Assembly: GCA_050012755.1 (NCBI GenBank)
Contig: JBEKGO010000028.1
Location: 1 to 33,354 of the forward strand
Direction: 5' to 3'
DNA from: Candidatus Bathyarchaeia archaeon
GTDB lineage: Archaea > Thermoproteota > Bathyarchaeia > Bathyarchaeales > Bathycorpusculaceae
DNA length: 33,354 nt
Positions within the stretch are counted from its first letter, which is position 1. The number at the start of each line of letters is the position of its first letter. Shown here in pieces: positions 9,251-18,858 of this stretch. The notes under the pieces are model-generated. The model did no database searches. It had not been told where the DNA came from and saw only the letters and a list, made by a program, of their open reading frames with translations. A program made the position numbers and the translations under genes.

Positions 9251-10206
9251 GAATTATTACCTTTCACAAGCTCCCTTCTGTCTCCTCTGAAGATAAGCGA
9301 TAATCCATAACCTATAAGCTCATCATAACCCTTGAAATTGTGAACAGAAGAAACTCTGAATATTCTTACAAATGCTGTGAGCAATCGCAATTTTAGTGGA
9401 AGAACCAACGGAAAGCCGTGGGCAGCGGCTTTGTCAAACCAAGCAGAATACAATCTTGACAAGGAATCTTTTTGCAGAATTCTAGTTATTAATTCTTGGA
9501 TCTCGTTTTCATCTTCGTTCGTAGATAGTTTAGCCAATTTAAGATATATTAACAATGCATGATTAAGTCTAAAATCGTTTGAAATGTTGATTAAGAAATT
9601 CCAATCCAGATGATATTCATTTACCAAACGTACAAAATATGCCGCTTCTGCAAGTGATACAAATCCATGATTGTAACTGTGGCTTGCAACTATGTATGCA
9701 TCGCAACTGGGATCAGGCATATAAGCATTGATTCCCAAAATTCTCCGCCGTACTCTCCTTTCAGTTATAATCGACTTAGGAGCATATTTCATGTTAAACC
9801 AGGTGGCTTCTGGATAAATATCTACTTGAATGATATTTTCCGGCTGAATAGCTGTTACTTTAAGAGGATTAAGAGAATAACGGTCCTTGTATAAAGAATA
9901 TAGTTCTTCACGAAGAATGTTATGAGCACGCGATGCCTCTCTTTTATCTTCAATTAATAAGTCGATGTCTTCAAGTTTGACTTTCGGAACGTCATATACT
10001 TTGGTTAGCACGTATTTGATACCTGCTCTATCAAGGGTTGGCAAGATTTTTTGGGCAGTTTCAACCCAACGCGTTCTATATTCACGCGATAGCGAGAGTC
10101 GGTTTTGGGTTGGATTAATCTCTAGTTTCTTCAAAGGTACTTCTGAAAGGAAATCTCTGACAAGTAAGCCTAGCGCTAAATGTTTCTTATTACGCTTTAC
10201 TTTCAT
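9247..10206 (-). CDS. Nucleotidyltransferase family protein (NTP_transf_5-like)
   Basis: GIKYVLTK...EDIDLLI (Pol-beta-type DxD), VDIY, a later HSYNH, and a 'LDWNFL' helical C-terminal part. Confidence 0.7.
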   Translation of the reverse strand: MKVKRNKKHLALGLLVRDFLSEVPLKKLEINPTQNRLSLSREYRTRWVETAQKILPTLDRAGIKYVLTKVYDVPKVKLEDIDLLIEDKREASRAHNILREELYSLYKDRYSLNPLKVTAIQPENIIQVDIYPEATWFNMKYAPKSIITERRVRRRILGINAYMPDPSCDAYIVASHSYNHGFVSLAEAAYFVRLVNEYHLDWNFLINISNDFRLNHALLIYLKLAKLSTNEDENEIQELITRILQKDSLSRLYSAWFDKAAAHGFPLVLPLKLRLLTAFVRIFRVSSVHNFKGYDELIGYGLSLIFRGDRRELVKGNNS

Positions 10207-10217
10207 TTACTCAACGT

Positions 10218-11402
10218 CTAGCCCAATTCTTCATACACGTTTTCAAGCTTGTGCACGATTTCTGATGAACGGTAATTATCAAATACAAATTTGCGACCTC
10301 TTTGTCCCATGATTTCAAGTGCTTCTGTGTTTTTAAGATGCGAATCTAAGATTTCAGCTAATTTGTCTATTCGATTAAATTCAACAGCAATCCCAAATTT
10401 TGCTTCTTCGACTACTGATGCGATCGGCGACTCTTTGGAAACTATTACAGGTTTCCCACAAACTGCTGCTTCCAGCGTAACAACTCCAAATGGTTCGAAA
10501 GGACTAAGACAAACACAAATAGTCGAATCTACATACGCATAAACTTTGAGGTCAGAGCTTAATAGACCTGTAAACAAGACTAAATCAGATAAGCCCAAGG
10601 TTTGAACTAAGCTTTTAATGTGTGATAGATAGCCATCATCTGGTCCAGCAATAACTAATAACGTGTCAGACCGTTTAGTCGTTTTGACAAAATGGTAATA
10701 TCCTTGCACAAGAAAATCTATGCCTTTCCTTGCATTGACTCTACCCAGATAAAGAATTATTTTTTTGTCTTTCCCTATATTATAGAAACGCTTGAAATTA
10801 CCTTGAGGCGGCAAATTTTCATAATTTGAAAAATCAACCCCGTTCGGTATGATCCGGATTCTATCTTTTGGAGCATGCATTGCGAGGTATTCTTCAGCTT
10901 CTGTTTCGTTAAAAGCAATAAGTCTAGAAGCTCCCTGCAGAACTCGATCACCAAATATCATTTTATAGCTTTGCTTCAATCTGTTTCTGGAGTCATAATT
11001 GTGAAGAGAACCGTGAACCTGTAGGACATAGGGAACAGAGAATTTTTTCGCATAGTAGCTAGCGAGAATTTCTGGAAACTGTTCCCATGAATGCACATGA
11101 ACTACTTCGAAGTGTTTTAGATTAGCTCTGATCTGATTTATCATATCTATAGATATATTCATTTGACCGAAAGTCGACGAAAGAAATGTAAGGTTTCGGA
11201 TTCTCTTAAAGTAGAAAACAACATATCCGTTCTCCTTTTGGCATTTAGCGGCGAAATCATGACTCGGATTAGTGTCAAACCCATTTGTTGTATATACAAC
11301 TACTTCGTGCCTCTTTGCGAGTTCTTTTGAAATCGATTTTACTACAGTAGTTGTGCCACCGAACTGCTCTGTGAATACCGGTATAATTTGTAAAATTCTC
11401 AA
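10218..11402 (-). CDS. Glycosyltransferase family 4
   Basis: MRILQI, IIPNGVD, YLGRVNARKGIDFL and EPFGVVTLEAAVCGKPVI motifs. Confidence 0.93.
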   Translation of the reverse strand: MRILQIIPVFTEQFGGTTTVVKSISKELAKRHEVVVYTTNGFDTNPSHDFAAKCQKENGYVVFYFKRIRNLTFLSSTFGQMNISIDMINQIRANLKHFEVVHVHSWEQFPEILASYYAKKFSVPYVLQVHGSLHNYDSRNRLKQSYKMIFGDRVLQGASRLIAFNETEAEEYLAMHAPKDRIRIIPNGVDFSNYENLPPQGNFKRFYNIGKDKKIILYLGRVNARKGIDFLVQGYYHFVKTTKRSDTLLVIAGPDDGYLSHIKSLVQTLGLSDLVLFTGLLSSDLKVYAYVDSTICVCLSPFEPFGVVTLEAAVCGKPVIVSKESPIASVVEEAKFGIAVEFNRIDKLAEILDSHLKNTEALEIMGQRGRKFVFDNYRSSEIVHKLENVYEELG

Positions 11403-11417
11403 TTTGATCTTGCTGTT

Positions 11418-11891
11418 CTAAGATTTGATGCCCTTAACATGCAAACAATCAGGAATAAATGGAACTCCTTTGTACCCTTTGATGATTCGCCTTACACTCT
11501 TTACGCCACAAGACTTCAGAAGATCTTTTAGTATTTCATATGAGAAACCACATTTATGAAAGTTAGTTTCGTAGTCTTGAGAGCCATAAATATCCTCAAT
11601 GTTTTTCCAACTCGGATTTAGAAAGAACAAAAATGCTCTCGCTCTTAGGTCAGGACACTCAATTTCAATTGTTCCGCCTTTTTTTAGAATACGTATCCAT
11701 TCTACTAAAACATATTGAACTTCTCGGTGACTAAAGTGTTCAACAACAGCCGATGAATAAACATGATCAAAAGCCTCAGACTTAAATGGCAATTGACGAA
11801 GGTCTGCAATAACGTCTACTGACCGTGTTTTCCTGACATCTACCCCTATGTTGCCTCGCTTTAGTTCACCGCAACCTAAGTCAATTATCAT
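11418..11891 (-). CDS. Class I SAM-dependent methyltransferase (Methyltransf_11-like)
   Basis: IDLGCG motif I, DLRQLPF, FDHVYSSAVVEH and RILKKGG. Confidence 0.88.
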   Translation of the reverse strand: MIIDLGCGELKRGNIGVDVRKTRSVDVIADLRQLPFKSEAFDHVYSSAVVEHFSHREVQYVLVEWIRILKKGGTIEIECPDLRARAFLFFLNPSWKNIEDIYGSQDYETNFHKCGFSYEILKDLLKSCGVKSVRRIIKGYKGVPFIPDCLHVKGIKS

Positions 11892-11914
11892 GTATTGATC
11901 CCTTTAAAAGGCAT

Positions 11915-13006
11915 TTAAGTAAGCACTGAATTCAGGTAACTTTGCCAATTGCTGCCAGCGAAATTTTTCTTGAAATATTCTCGGCATTGATTCTGCATAA
12001 ACTGAGAATTGGTTTTTATCAATTGAATGGCTTCAATCCATTTTTCAATTGGTGCATTGAGATCAACAATGTAACCAGTATCGCCATTGTCAACAAATTC
12101 AGGCAATCCTCCTACATTGCTTGAAACAACTGGTGTTCCGTACATATAGGATACAAGGATAACAGAACTCTGTGTTTCACGTTTGTACGGTGTAACAACT
12201 GCTACACTTTTCTTCATAAGAATACCATATTCTTCATCAGAGATTCGTGCTTGATAAAAAATTGATAGATTACTTACTTTCAAGAATTTTGGATCCTTTA
12301 TTTTCTCCCTGGAAATCATTAAGAAACGCCATTCTGGATTAGACTTTCTAGCGTGGTTCACGATATTGAGAAATATTTCAGGTCCTTTTGCAGAGACAGG
12401 AGGACCTACAAAAGTAACGTACTCTCGATTGTTTAAAGAGTCAATCTGGCCCGCTCCAAGATCTTCATATAATAATGGAATTTGGATTTTTTTTCCTTTA
12501 AAGTGTGGATATGCTTTGTTAAATAGCCTTGAAGCTTCTTTAGAGGATACTATCGCAATATCAGTATTACTAACAAGTTTCGCTTCCATATATTCGTTCA
12601 AATAAAGCCAATATCGCTGTACCCCTCCATGAGCTGCCTTATTTTCAACATAAGGTTCGTGAACATGATAAATAAACTTGCCACCATTCTTTCGGCAAAC
12701 TTTTGCAATATAATGATTAAGAAGATGATAATTATGCAAATAAACATAATTTGGTTTGTCTTTGGAAAATATTTTATTGATTGAGTGAAGATGTCCGATA
12801 TTTAAAGTGGTCTTAAGCATAGAGGATATGTTTTTTGAATTCCCAATGAAAGTGGTTTTTTCCTTGATAGACTGAGGCAACATCCACTCGTATTCACGAC
12901 TGAAGATGTATTTCACTTGAAGCCCCAGTTCTTCACAGACTTTTCCGAATGCACAACAATGAGATTTGTAAATTGGACTGTACTCTAAACTCCCTACATA
13001 AATCAA
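11915..13006 (-). CDS. Glycosyltransferase family 4
   Basis: AKG motif and ETQSSVILVSYMYGTPVVSSNVGGLPEFV..GDTGY. Confidence 0.88.
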   Translation of the reverse strand: MIYVGSLEYSPIYKSHCCAFGKVCEELGLQVKYIFSREYEWMLPQSIKEKTTFIGNSKNISSMLKTTLNIGHLHSINKIFSKDKPNYVYLHNYHLLNHYIAKVCRKNGGKFIYHVHEPYVENKAAHGGVQRYWLYLNEYMEAKLVSNTDIAIVSSKEASRLFNKAYPHFKGKKIQIPLLYEDLGAGQIDSLNNREYVTFVGPPVSAKGPEIFLNIVNHARKSNPEWRFLMISREKIKDPKFLKVSNLSIFYQARISDEEYGILMKKSVAVVTPYKRETQSSVILVSYMYGTPVVSSNVGGLPEFVDNGDTGYIVDLNAPIEKWIEAIQLIKTNSQFMQNQCREYFKKNFAGSNWQSYLNSVLT

Positions 13007-13027
13007 TAAATTTCCTCAGATAACAGC

Positions 13028-13474
13028 TTAATTGTCATAGTGTAATTGATCGTTGAAAACTTCATTCATCTTGGAGCCGATGGCTTCAATGGAGATTTCA
13101 GTTTCTATTTCTTTTCTTCCATTTTCGCCATAAGTTTTAGCGAGAAATGGATTTTGCTTTAACTTTAATATAGCTTTAGCTAGGTTTTCGTAATCCCCAG
13201 GATTTATTGCTATGCCTGAATTTGTTTCTTCTATGTAGGTTTTAGGCAAACCGTTGCTGCAGCAGATTATTGGTTTTCCTACTGCTTGATATTCGTATAG
13301 TTTAGAAGACATGCCACGGTAGGGAGTTTTAAAATCAGCAAGCGGTAAAACTAAAACATCGGCTTGAGCTAAAAAATTGGCCAAATCTTCTATATTTGTA
13401 AAACTATCCATAATTTGTACTCTTTTTGATTTCAGCTCTCTAATTCTTGACTGCATTTCATCTTCTATACTCAA
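13028..13474 (-). pseudogene. GT4 C-terminal domain only; truncated paralog of the upstream WbuB-like GT4
   Basis: 148 aa. Shares ADVL.LPLA...GMSSKLYEYQAVGKPII with 13484-14689 but lacks the whole N-terminal acceptor domain. GAGG RBS and TTG start are retained. Confidence 0.65.
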
Positions 13475-13483
13475 AATTTTGCC

Positions 13484-14689
13484 TCATAAAATATTTTTGA
13501 ATATTTCTTTCATGTTCAGACCTATGGCTTCTAATGATGCCTCATTTTTAACATATTTCCTTCCGTTTTCACTCATTGCAAAAGCTGCATTTGAATTTTG
13601 TTTTAGCTCCAATACAGCTTTAGATAAGGCTACAAAATCGCCTGGATCAACAACTAATCCTGAATGGGTATCTCTGATGTAGGCTGTCGGTACGCCTCTG
13701 CTACAAGAGATTATTGGCTTACCTACTGCTTGGTACTCGTAGAGTTTTGATGACATTCCTAGGTAAGGTTTGCCTGATTTATAGAATGTTGCAAGAGGTA
13801 AGATTAAAACATCGGCTTTGTCTAATAGTTCTGCGACTTCGGTTCTGCTTAGAATTTTGTTAATAATCTTGACGTTCTTAGTTTTAAGCTTATTAATAGA
13901 GGTATATATTGAGTCTAAAAGTTCACCTGCACCTTGGATAACAAATTCGATGTCATCATCAATTTTTTCAAGGATTTTGGCGGCTTGGATTATCTGTTCG
14001 AAATTGTAAGCTACAGAAAATGCTCCAGAATACAAAACTACGAATTTCTTTTTAGGTTCGGGTTTGGATGTGCTTGGCTTGAAAACAGAGAGGTCTACGC
14101 CCCCTCTTACAAGATGAATTCTATTAGGCTTAACGCAATACTTCTTTGAAAGTATCTCGAAGTAACCAGAACTAATAGGAGTCAAAACGTCGCCTTTAAC
14201 ATAGAATAACCGATATACCCACTCGCCCACCCTAAGAACCAGCGAATTTTCAGGTAACATTTTGAGATCAACAAGATCCTCGAGGGTCAAATCGTCCACG
14301 TTTAAAGCCAAAGGTTTTCTTTTAATTTTGCTGTAAATATAACCTGGAGCCCAGCTTGAAGCCCATATGGCATTAACTCGTCCCACAAAAGGCAATGCGA
14401 ATAACGAGGAAACTAAAAAAGTACCTATTAACACCAATCGCTTGAAAAAGCCTTCTGACTTGATGGGAGGCATGAATGTTCGTATTACCTTGATATTACC
14501 CATCTGCTCTATTTTCAGCGGCTTCCACCTGTACTCTAAGGGTATGTTCCCATGAGGATAATGGGGAAAACCAGTTATTACCGTCACGCTGCAACCGTTC
14601 AGGGAAAGACCTTTGGCCAAATTACCAGCCCTTGTTGCTGAGCCGCCAAGGTCTGGGGGAAAATACTGAGCTACAACTAGTATATTCAA
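13484..14689 (-). CDS. Glycosyltransferase family 4, WbuB/WcaI-like
   Basis: QYFPPDLGG, VITGFPHYPHG and SKLYEYQAVGKPI, typical of the WbuB-like GT4 subfamily. Confidence 0.9.
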   Translation of the reverse strand: MNILVVAQYFPPDLGGSATRAGNLAKGLSLNGCSVTVITGFPHYPHGNIPLEYRWKPLKIEQMGNIKVIRTFMPPIKSEGFFKRLVLIGTFLVSSLFALPFVGRVNAIWASSWAPGYIYSKIKRKPLALNVDDLTLEDLVDLKMLPENSLVLRVGEWVYRLFYVKGDVLTPISSGYFEILSKKYCVKPNRIHLVRGGVDLSVFKPSTSKPEPKKKFVVLYSGAFSVAYNFEQIIQAAKILEKIDDDIEFVIQGAGELLDSIYTSINKLKTKNVKIINKILSRTEVAELLDKADVLILPLATFYKSGKPYLGMSSKLYEYQAVGKPIISCSRGVPTAYIRDTHSGLVVDPGDFVALSKAVLELKQNSNAAFAMSENGRKYVKNEASLEAIGLNMKEIFKNIL

Positions 14690-16851
14690 GACGAAGAACC
14701 AGACTTGTTTTGTACTGTTAATGGCGCTTTTTGGAACCCGAGATATTCTTGATTCCGGGCGACTGATTCATCTGCACTCTTTTTCTTTTCGGACAGTGAG
14801 TAAAGTTTTCGCGCTTTATTGATTACCTCAATGGCTTTATTCATATCAAAACTAATTGCTTGCCCGTACCATTCAATTGACTTGAACCGAGGCTTGTTTT
14901 CTTCCTTAATCAGCTTATACGCGTCATCTCGGCTCAACTTGCCTTCGCGTATTTGGTGGCTCCTGAAAATATCAAATTCTGTGAAGCCCGCCAAAGTCAA
15001 ATAGATGTAATTGTAAAACGACGCTGTACCGTCGTCTACTCGCCAAGTCGCTATCGTGTCAGTCTCTCTTTCCCAATTGAACTTCTCGGTTATGCTGTTT
15101 AATATTTTGTTTTCATCCCAGTCTAAATAATGGAATAGATACAAATAATCATCAGGCAACACGTAGGAGGAATAATAAGCGAATAACGTGTCGAATATGG
15201 ACTTGTTAATGTACGCTGGGTTTTTGACAAATTGTTTTAGGTAATAGTACATAATCTTTAATTTGTTTACAGTTGTGATGCCCGTCATTCTCTTCAATGC
15301 ATTCTTGCTGCCTTGAGTAGCGACATTACAAAAGCCATATTTGAACAGCCCAGTTCCTTCTTCGCCTTCATATCCTCCACAGAATATGAATAATTTGATC
15401 CCGGTTTGTTTGCGAACTTTGTGGAAGTAATAGTAGAATTGTTTGTCCCCTGCCATGAGTATCGGCACCATGCCTAAATCAGGGCTTTTCAGCCACGCCT
15501 TAAGATTCTTGCGTATGTTTGCTCTTTTTGTTCGAATGTCTGCTGAAATAACTATGTGTTCAATGCCCAATTTGCCAACTACTCTTGCTTGGTTTCTGCG
15601 TGCAAGATCATTGACCATCCCCCAATCATAAGTGAAAGTTACAGGATGCAGTCCTAGATGATTTTTGATATAATCCAATCCAAATGTGCTGTCTCGTCCA
15701 CCGCTGAAACCTATAAGAACATCTGGTTCACCGGAATTGCTTCGGTATTTTGAAACGAACTCTTCAAGCGCTTTTTCTCCCTTAAGGTAGCTGCCTCTCG
15801 TCTCATAATCTCTGCAAAAGCTACACACGCCTTCTTCATCGAGGCTTATGAAAGGCATCGTTTCAGGCAAGAGGCAACGAGTGCATCTTCTCAGCACATT
15901 TTCGCTTGAATAGAGTGCCTCCCAATTTTGAATCATGGCTTGTTTAATTTCTTCTTGTAAGAGGTATTGACTTGGATCAGTAGGCGGTGGTACTTGTTTG
16001 TCAAAAAGCTCAAGAATTTTGACCTTTGATTTTAAGGGGTCACTATTAGTAATTTCAACTGAACGCTCGTTTAATGCAAACATGTACTTCTTCGATAGGT
16101 TAAGGTCAAGTAGGTAGCCTTGACCTGCTTTGATTTGCGTTATTGACTGGTTAACGAATAGCCTTCTTAGGAGTTTATTGTGGAGAGCCTGTTGAAGAAT
16201 GTATTTTTCAGAAGCGAAAACCAGAATCTTCTCACTCTGGCTCAAAGCCATATAGAGTGAGCCTGTGTTTGATGCAAGAACAAGATTGCAAGTATCGTCA
16301 AATTGGACAGCCACCGAAGCTGAACCCTCAATATGCTCAAAAACAAGCCTAACAGCTTCAACCACCGATTTACCTTGAGCCCGAAACATCTGCAACAGAC
16401 TGAGAAATACCTCAGTGTCAACATCATATTTCTTTTTGAGTTCTGAAAAAGATTTCCACAATTTATCATCATTAACGATAATTCCGTTATGTATTCCAAT
16501 TGCCCCGTCCTTAACGACGGGCTGATTGTTTGTGTTGATTTCGCTTTGCCCATTTGTTTGCAATCGTGAATGACCCAGAATCAAAATCGGAGCTTGCAGT
16601 TGAACCCCAAAATAGGCGCCAGCTTTCAGGGTCCGATTGAACAATTCCTTGTACTTAGATGTCTTAACTAGTTTCGATGAAGTAATCGGTTCTTTGAATA
16701 CATAAATTGAATCTTTGAATCTAACAGCCAAACCTGACGCTTCTTTGCCGCGAGATTCTGAAAGCTTGAATATGCTATTTACGATTTGCATGAGCTCTCT
16801 TGGAGAGAGCTTTAGGTTTTCACCGATTACTATTCCAAATATGCCGCACAA
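14686..16851 (-). CDS. Fusion of class II (Ntn) glutamine amidotransferase and WbuX/WbpG-like N-acetyl-sugar amidotransferase (PP-loop)
   Basis: N-terminus has MCGIFG (catalytic Cys at position 2), GHSRL.T.G, NNQP, HNGIIVN and DTEV. C-terminus has CTRC...CSFC and the PP-loop SGGRDS. Confidence 0.85.
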   Translation of the reverse strand: MCGIFGIVIGENLKLSPRELMQIVNSIFKLSESRGKEASGLAVRFKDSIYVFKEPITSSKLVKTSKYKELFNRTLKAGAYFGVQLQAPILILGHSRLQTNGQSEINTNNQPVVKDGAIGIHNGIIVNDDKLWKSFSELKKKYDVDTEVFLSLLQMFRAQGKSVVEAVRLVFEHIEGSASVAVQFDDTCNLVLASNTGSLYMALSQSEKILVFASEKYILQQALHNKLLRRLFVNQSITQIKAGQGYLLDLNLSKKYMFALNERSVEITNSDPLKSKVKILELFDKQVPPPTDPSQYLLQEEIKQAMIQNWEALYSSENVLRRCTRCLLPETMPFISLDEEGVCSFCRDYETRGSYLKGEKALEEFVSKYRSNSGEPDVLIGFSGGRDSTFGLDYIKNHLGLHPVTFTYDWGMVNDLARRNQARVVGKLGIEHIVISADIRTKRANIRKNLKAWLKSPDLGMVPILMAGDKQFYYYFHKVRKQTGIKLFIFCGGYEGEEGTGLFKYGFCNVATQGSKNALKRMTGITTVNKLKIMYYYLKQFVKNPAYINKSIFDTLFAYYSSYVLPDDYLYLFHYLDWDENKILNSITEKFNWERETDTIATWRVDDGTASFYNYIYLTLAGFTEFDIFRSHQIREGKLSRDDAYKLIKEENKPRFKSIEWYGQAISFDMNKAIEVINKARKLYSLSEKKKSADESVARNQEYLGFQKAPLTVQNKSGSSS

Positions 16852-16892
16852 AACTGCTCTTACTCAATTAGTCTCTTGATGATCTGTTGCTT

Positions 16893-17894
16893 CTAGCTCT
16901 TGTATGATGCGTAAATGTTTTCCCAGTTTTCACCAAACCAAGCGTTAACTTCCTTTAGTCCTTCTTTGAAATCCATACTTGGGTTATATCCAAGAATTTT
17001 CCGTGCTTTTTCGATGGATGCTAGAAGTCTATTTTTCTTATCCCAATCACGTCTTTCCTTGAAAATTAGTCCAGCATTGTTATCGGTTATTTCGTTAATC
17101 CATTTTGCAAGGTCACCAATTCGAATTTCTCTGGATGTAGCAAGGTTAAATGCCTCCCCAATGGCTTTCTCATAATAAGCCATTGCTAACAATCCATTAA
17201 TGATGTCTCCGACGTAGGTGAAATCTCTTGTTTCATCGCCTGTTCCCGTAATAGGCAACGCTTGCTTGTTAATTGACCAGTAGAAAAAGTTAGGAATAAC
17301 ATTTCTGTATTTTCCCGGAACCTCACCGGGACCATATGAATTGAAAAATCGGGCATTCACAATTGGAAGATGATAGAGATTGTAATAATAATTAGCATAG
17401 AGCTCTCCCAGCATTTTTGTAACTTGGTATGGTGTGTATAGTTTCATCGATACGTCATGCTCTTCGAAGGGTATTTTTGAGTCTGCACCATATATTCCGC
17501 AGCCCGAAGATGCATAGATGAAACGTTCGATTCCTACTAGATGAGCATACTCAAGGACCTTTAGCGTACCCATGCCGTTCACCATCAAGTCAGTTTCGGG
17601 ATTATCAACTGAATTTTGATTAGCAAAATGCGCAGCCAGATGATAAACGATTTGGGGTTTCTCCTTGAATGCCCGCTTCAACTTTTCATCATCTAAAATG
17701 TTACCTCTTATGAAGGCAATCTTTGGGCTTGATGGAACATTCCATTCGAAGGATGAAGATAAGTCGTCCATAATTATGATTTTCTTTGTTTTCAAATCAC
17801 TCAGTTTCTTCACCAAGTTTGAGCCTATTGCACCTGCTCCACCAGTTACAAGCACTGTTTTTCCATCGAACGCTTCAAACACTTTCTTATTCAT
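16893..17894 (-). CDS. NAD-dependent epimerase/dehydratase (extended SDR), WbmF-like
   Basis: TGGAGAIG, YQVTK (YxxxK), ARFFNSYGPGE, RNVIPNF and TRDFTYV. Confidence 0.9.
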   Translation of the reverse strand: MNKKVFEAFDGKTVLVTGGAGAIGSNLVKKLSDLKTKKIIIMDDLSSSFEWNVPSSPKIAFIRGNILDDEKLKRAFKEKPQIVYHLAAHFANQNSVDNPETDLMVNGMGTLKVLEYAHLVGIERFIYASSGCGIYGADSKIPFEEHDVSMKLYTPYQVTKMLGELYANYYYNLYHLPIVNARFFNSYGPGEVPGKYRNVIPNFFYWSINKQALPITGTGDETRDFTYVGDIINGLLAMAYYEKAIGEAFNLATSREIRIGDLAKWINEITDNNAGLIFKERRDWDKKNRLLASIEKARKILGYNPSMDFKEGLKEVNAWFGENWENIYASYKS

Positions 17895-17907
17895 TCTAAG
17901 CTACGCC

Positions 17908-18858
17908 TCAAGCATTTTGCTTATCGTAAAGTTTTTTGAACCATTCCACAGTTCTGCGCATGCCTTCTGCTGGGGTGATGGTTAGTTTGAAATCCAAATC
18001 CTTTTTCGCTTTAGATGCATCGGGTGTTTTTATTCTCGTTGTGAAAGGCTCAGCTTCTTTGTAAGAAACCTTGGAATCATCCTTGTTTAGATTCTTTAGT
18101 ATTAGATCGGAAACGTATTTTATATCATATTGATTGTCTCCGCCTAGATTGTAAATCTCTCCCGGCTTGAAGTTGTCAATTATGTTCACGAATGTTCTGC
18201 ACAAGTCCTCAACATATTCAAGTGTACGTTTGTGTCCCAGGTAAACGGTGTAGGGCTCGTTTCTCATTGCCTTATATATGAATTTAGGTATCCAACCACG
18301 GTAAGGAGTGTAGTGCTCACCAACACCATAAACATTAAACAACCTAACTCGAACCGATTCTGTTCCAAACATAGCGGCAGAATTTAGAATCTGCATTTCG
18401 TTAACCCATTTCGAAATTGCGTAGTCATTCATCTGCTTTATCGGAATAGAATCCATAACATCTTCACTCATTACGCCATCGTAGTCTCCGTAAACTTCAG
18501 CACTTCCAAAGAAAATCATTCGGAACTTTTTCTTTTCTTGCACTCTCAGAATGTTTTTTGTACCTACTGCGTTTGTAGCCCATAGGTTTTCGTAGTAATC
18601 TTCTCCGTTCCATCTGCCATACTCTGCTGCGGCATGATAAACGTAATCGAAGTTATGCTCAGCGAATAATCTTTCAACTTGGCCGAACTTGCTCACGTCA
18701 CAACGAACGTAATTTGGCTGCCAAGAATGTAACAAATCACAAGCCCATGCTTCATATCCACGCTTCTCTAATTCGCGAACCAGATTCGAACCTATGAACC
18801 CCAAACCACCTGTTACTAAAATCTTTTTACTAATTATCCATTCCTCTCTATTATCCAC
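17908..18858 (-). CDS. NAD-dependent epimerase/dehydratase (extended SDR)
   Basis: TGGLGFIG, YAISK and RLFNVYG. The GTG start overlaps the upstream TAG; the start is uncertain. Confidence 0.9.
   Translation of the reverse strand: MDNREEWIISKKILVTGGLGFIGSNLVRELEKRGYEAWACDLLHSWQPNYVRCDVSKFGQVERLFAEHNFDYVYHAAAEYGRWNGEDYYENLWATNAVGTKNILRVQEKKKFRMIFFGSAEVYGDYDGVMSEDVMDSIPIKQMNDYAISKWVNEMQILNSAAMFGTESVRVRLFNVYGVGEHYTPYRGWIPKFIYKAMRNEPYTVYLGHKRTLEYVEDLCRTFVNIIDNFKPGEIYNLGGDNQYDIKYVSDLILKNLNKDDSKVSYKEAEPFTTRIKTPDASKAKKDLDFKLTITPAEGMRRTVEWFKKLYDKQNA

Noticed and set aside
16242-16553. 103-aa alternative-frame ORF inside the amidotransferase gene
   Set aside because: Fully nested in a well-supported CDS with no independent features.
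14686-16851. glmS or asnB call
   Set aside because: There are no SIS domains (so not GlmS), and the C-terminal half has the CxxC...CxxC plus SGGRDS pattern of WbuX/WbpG-like enzymes rather than AsnB.
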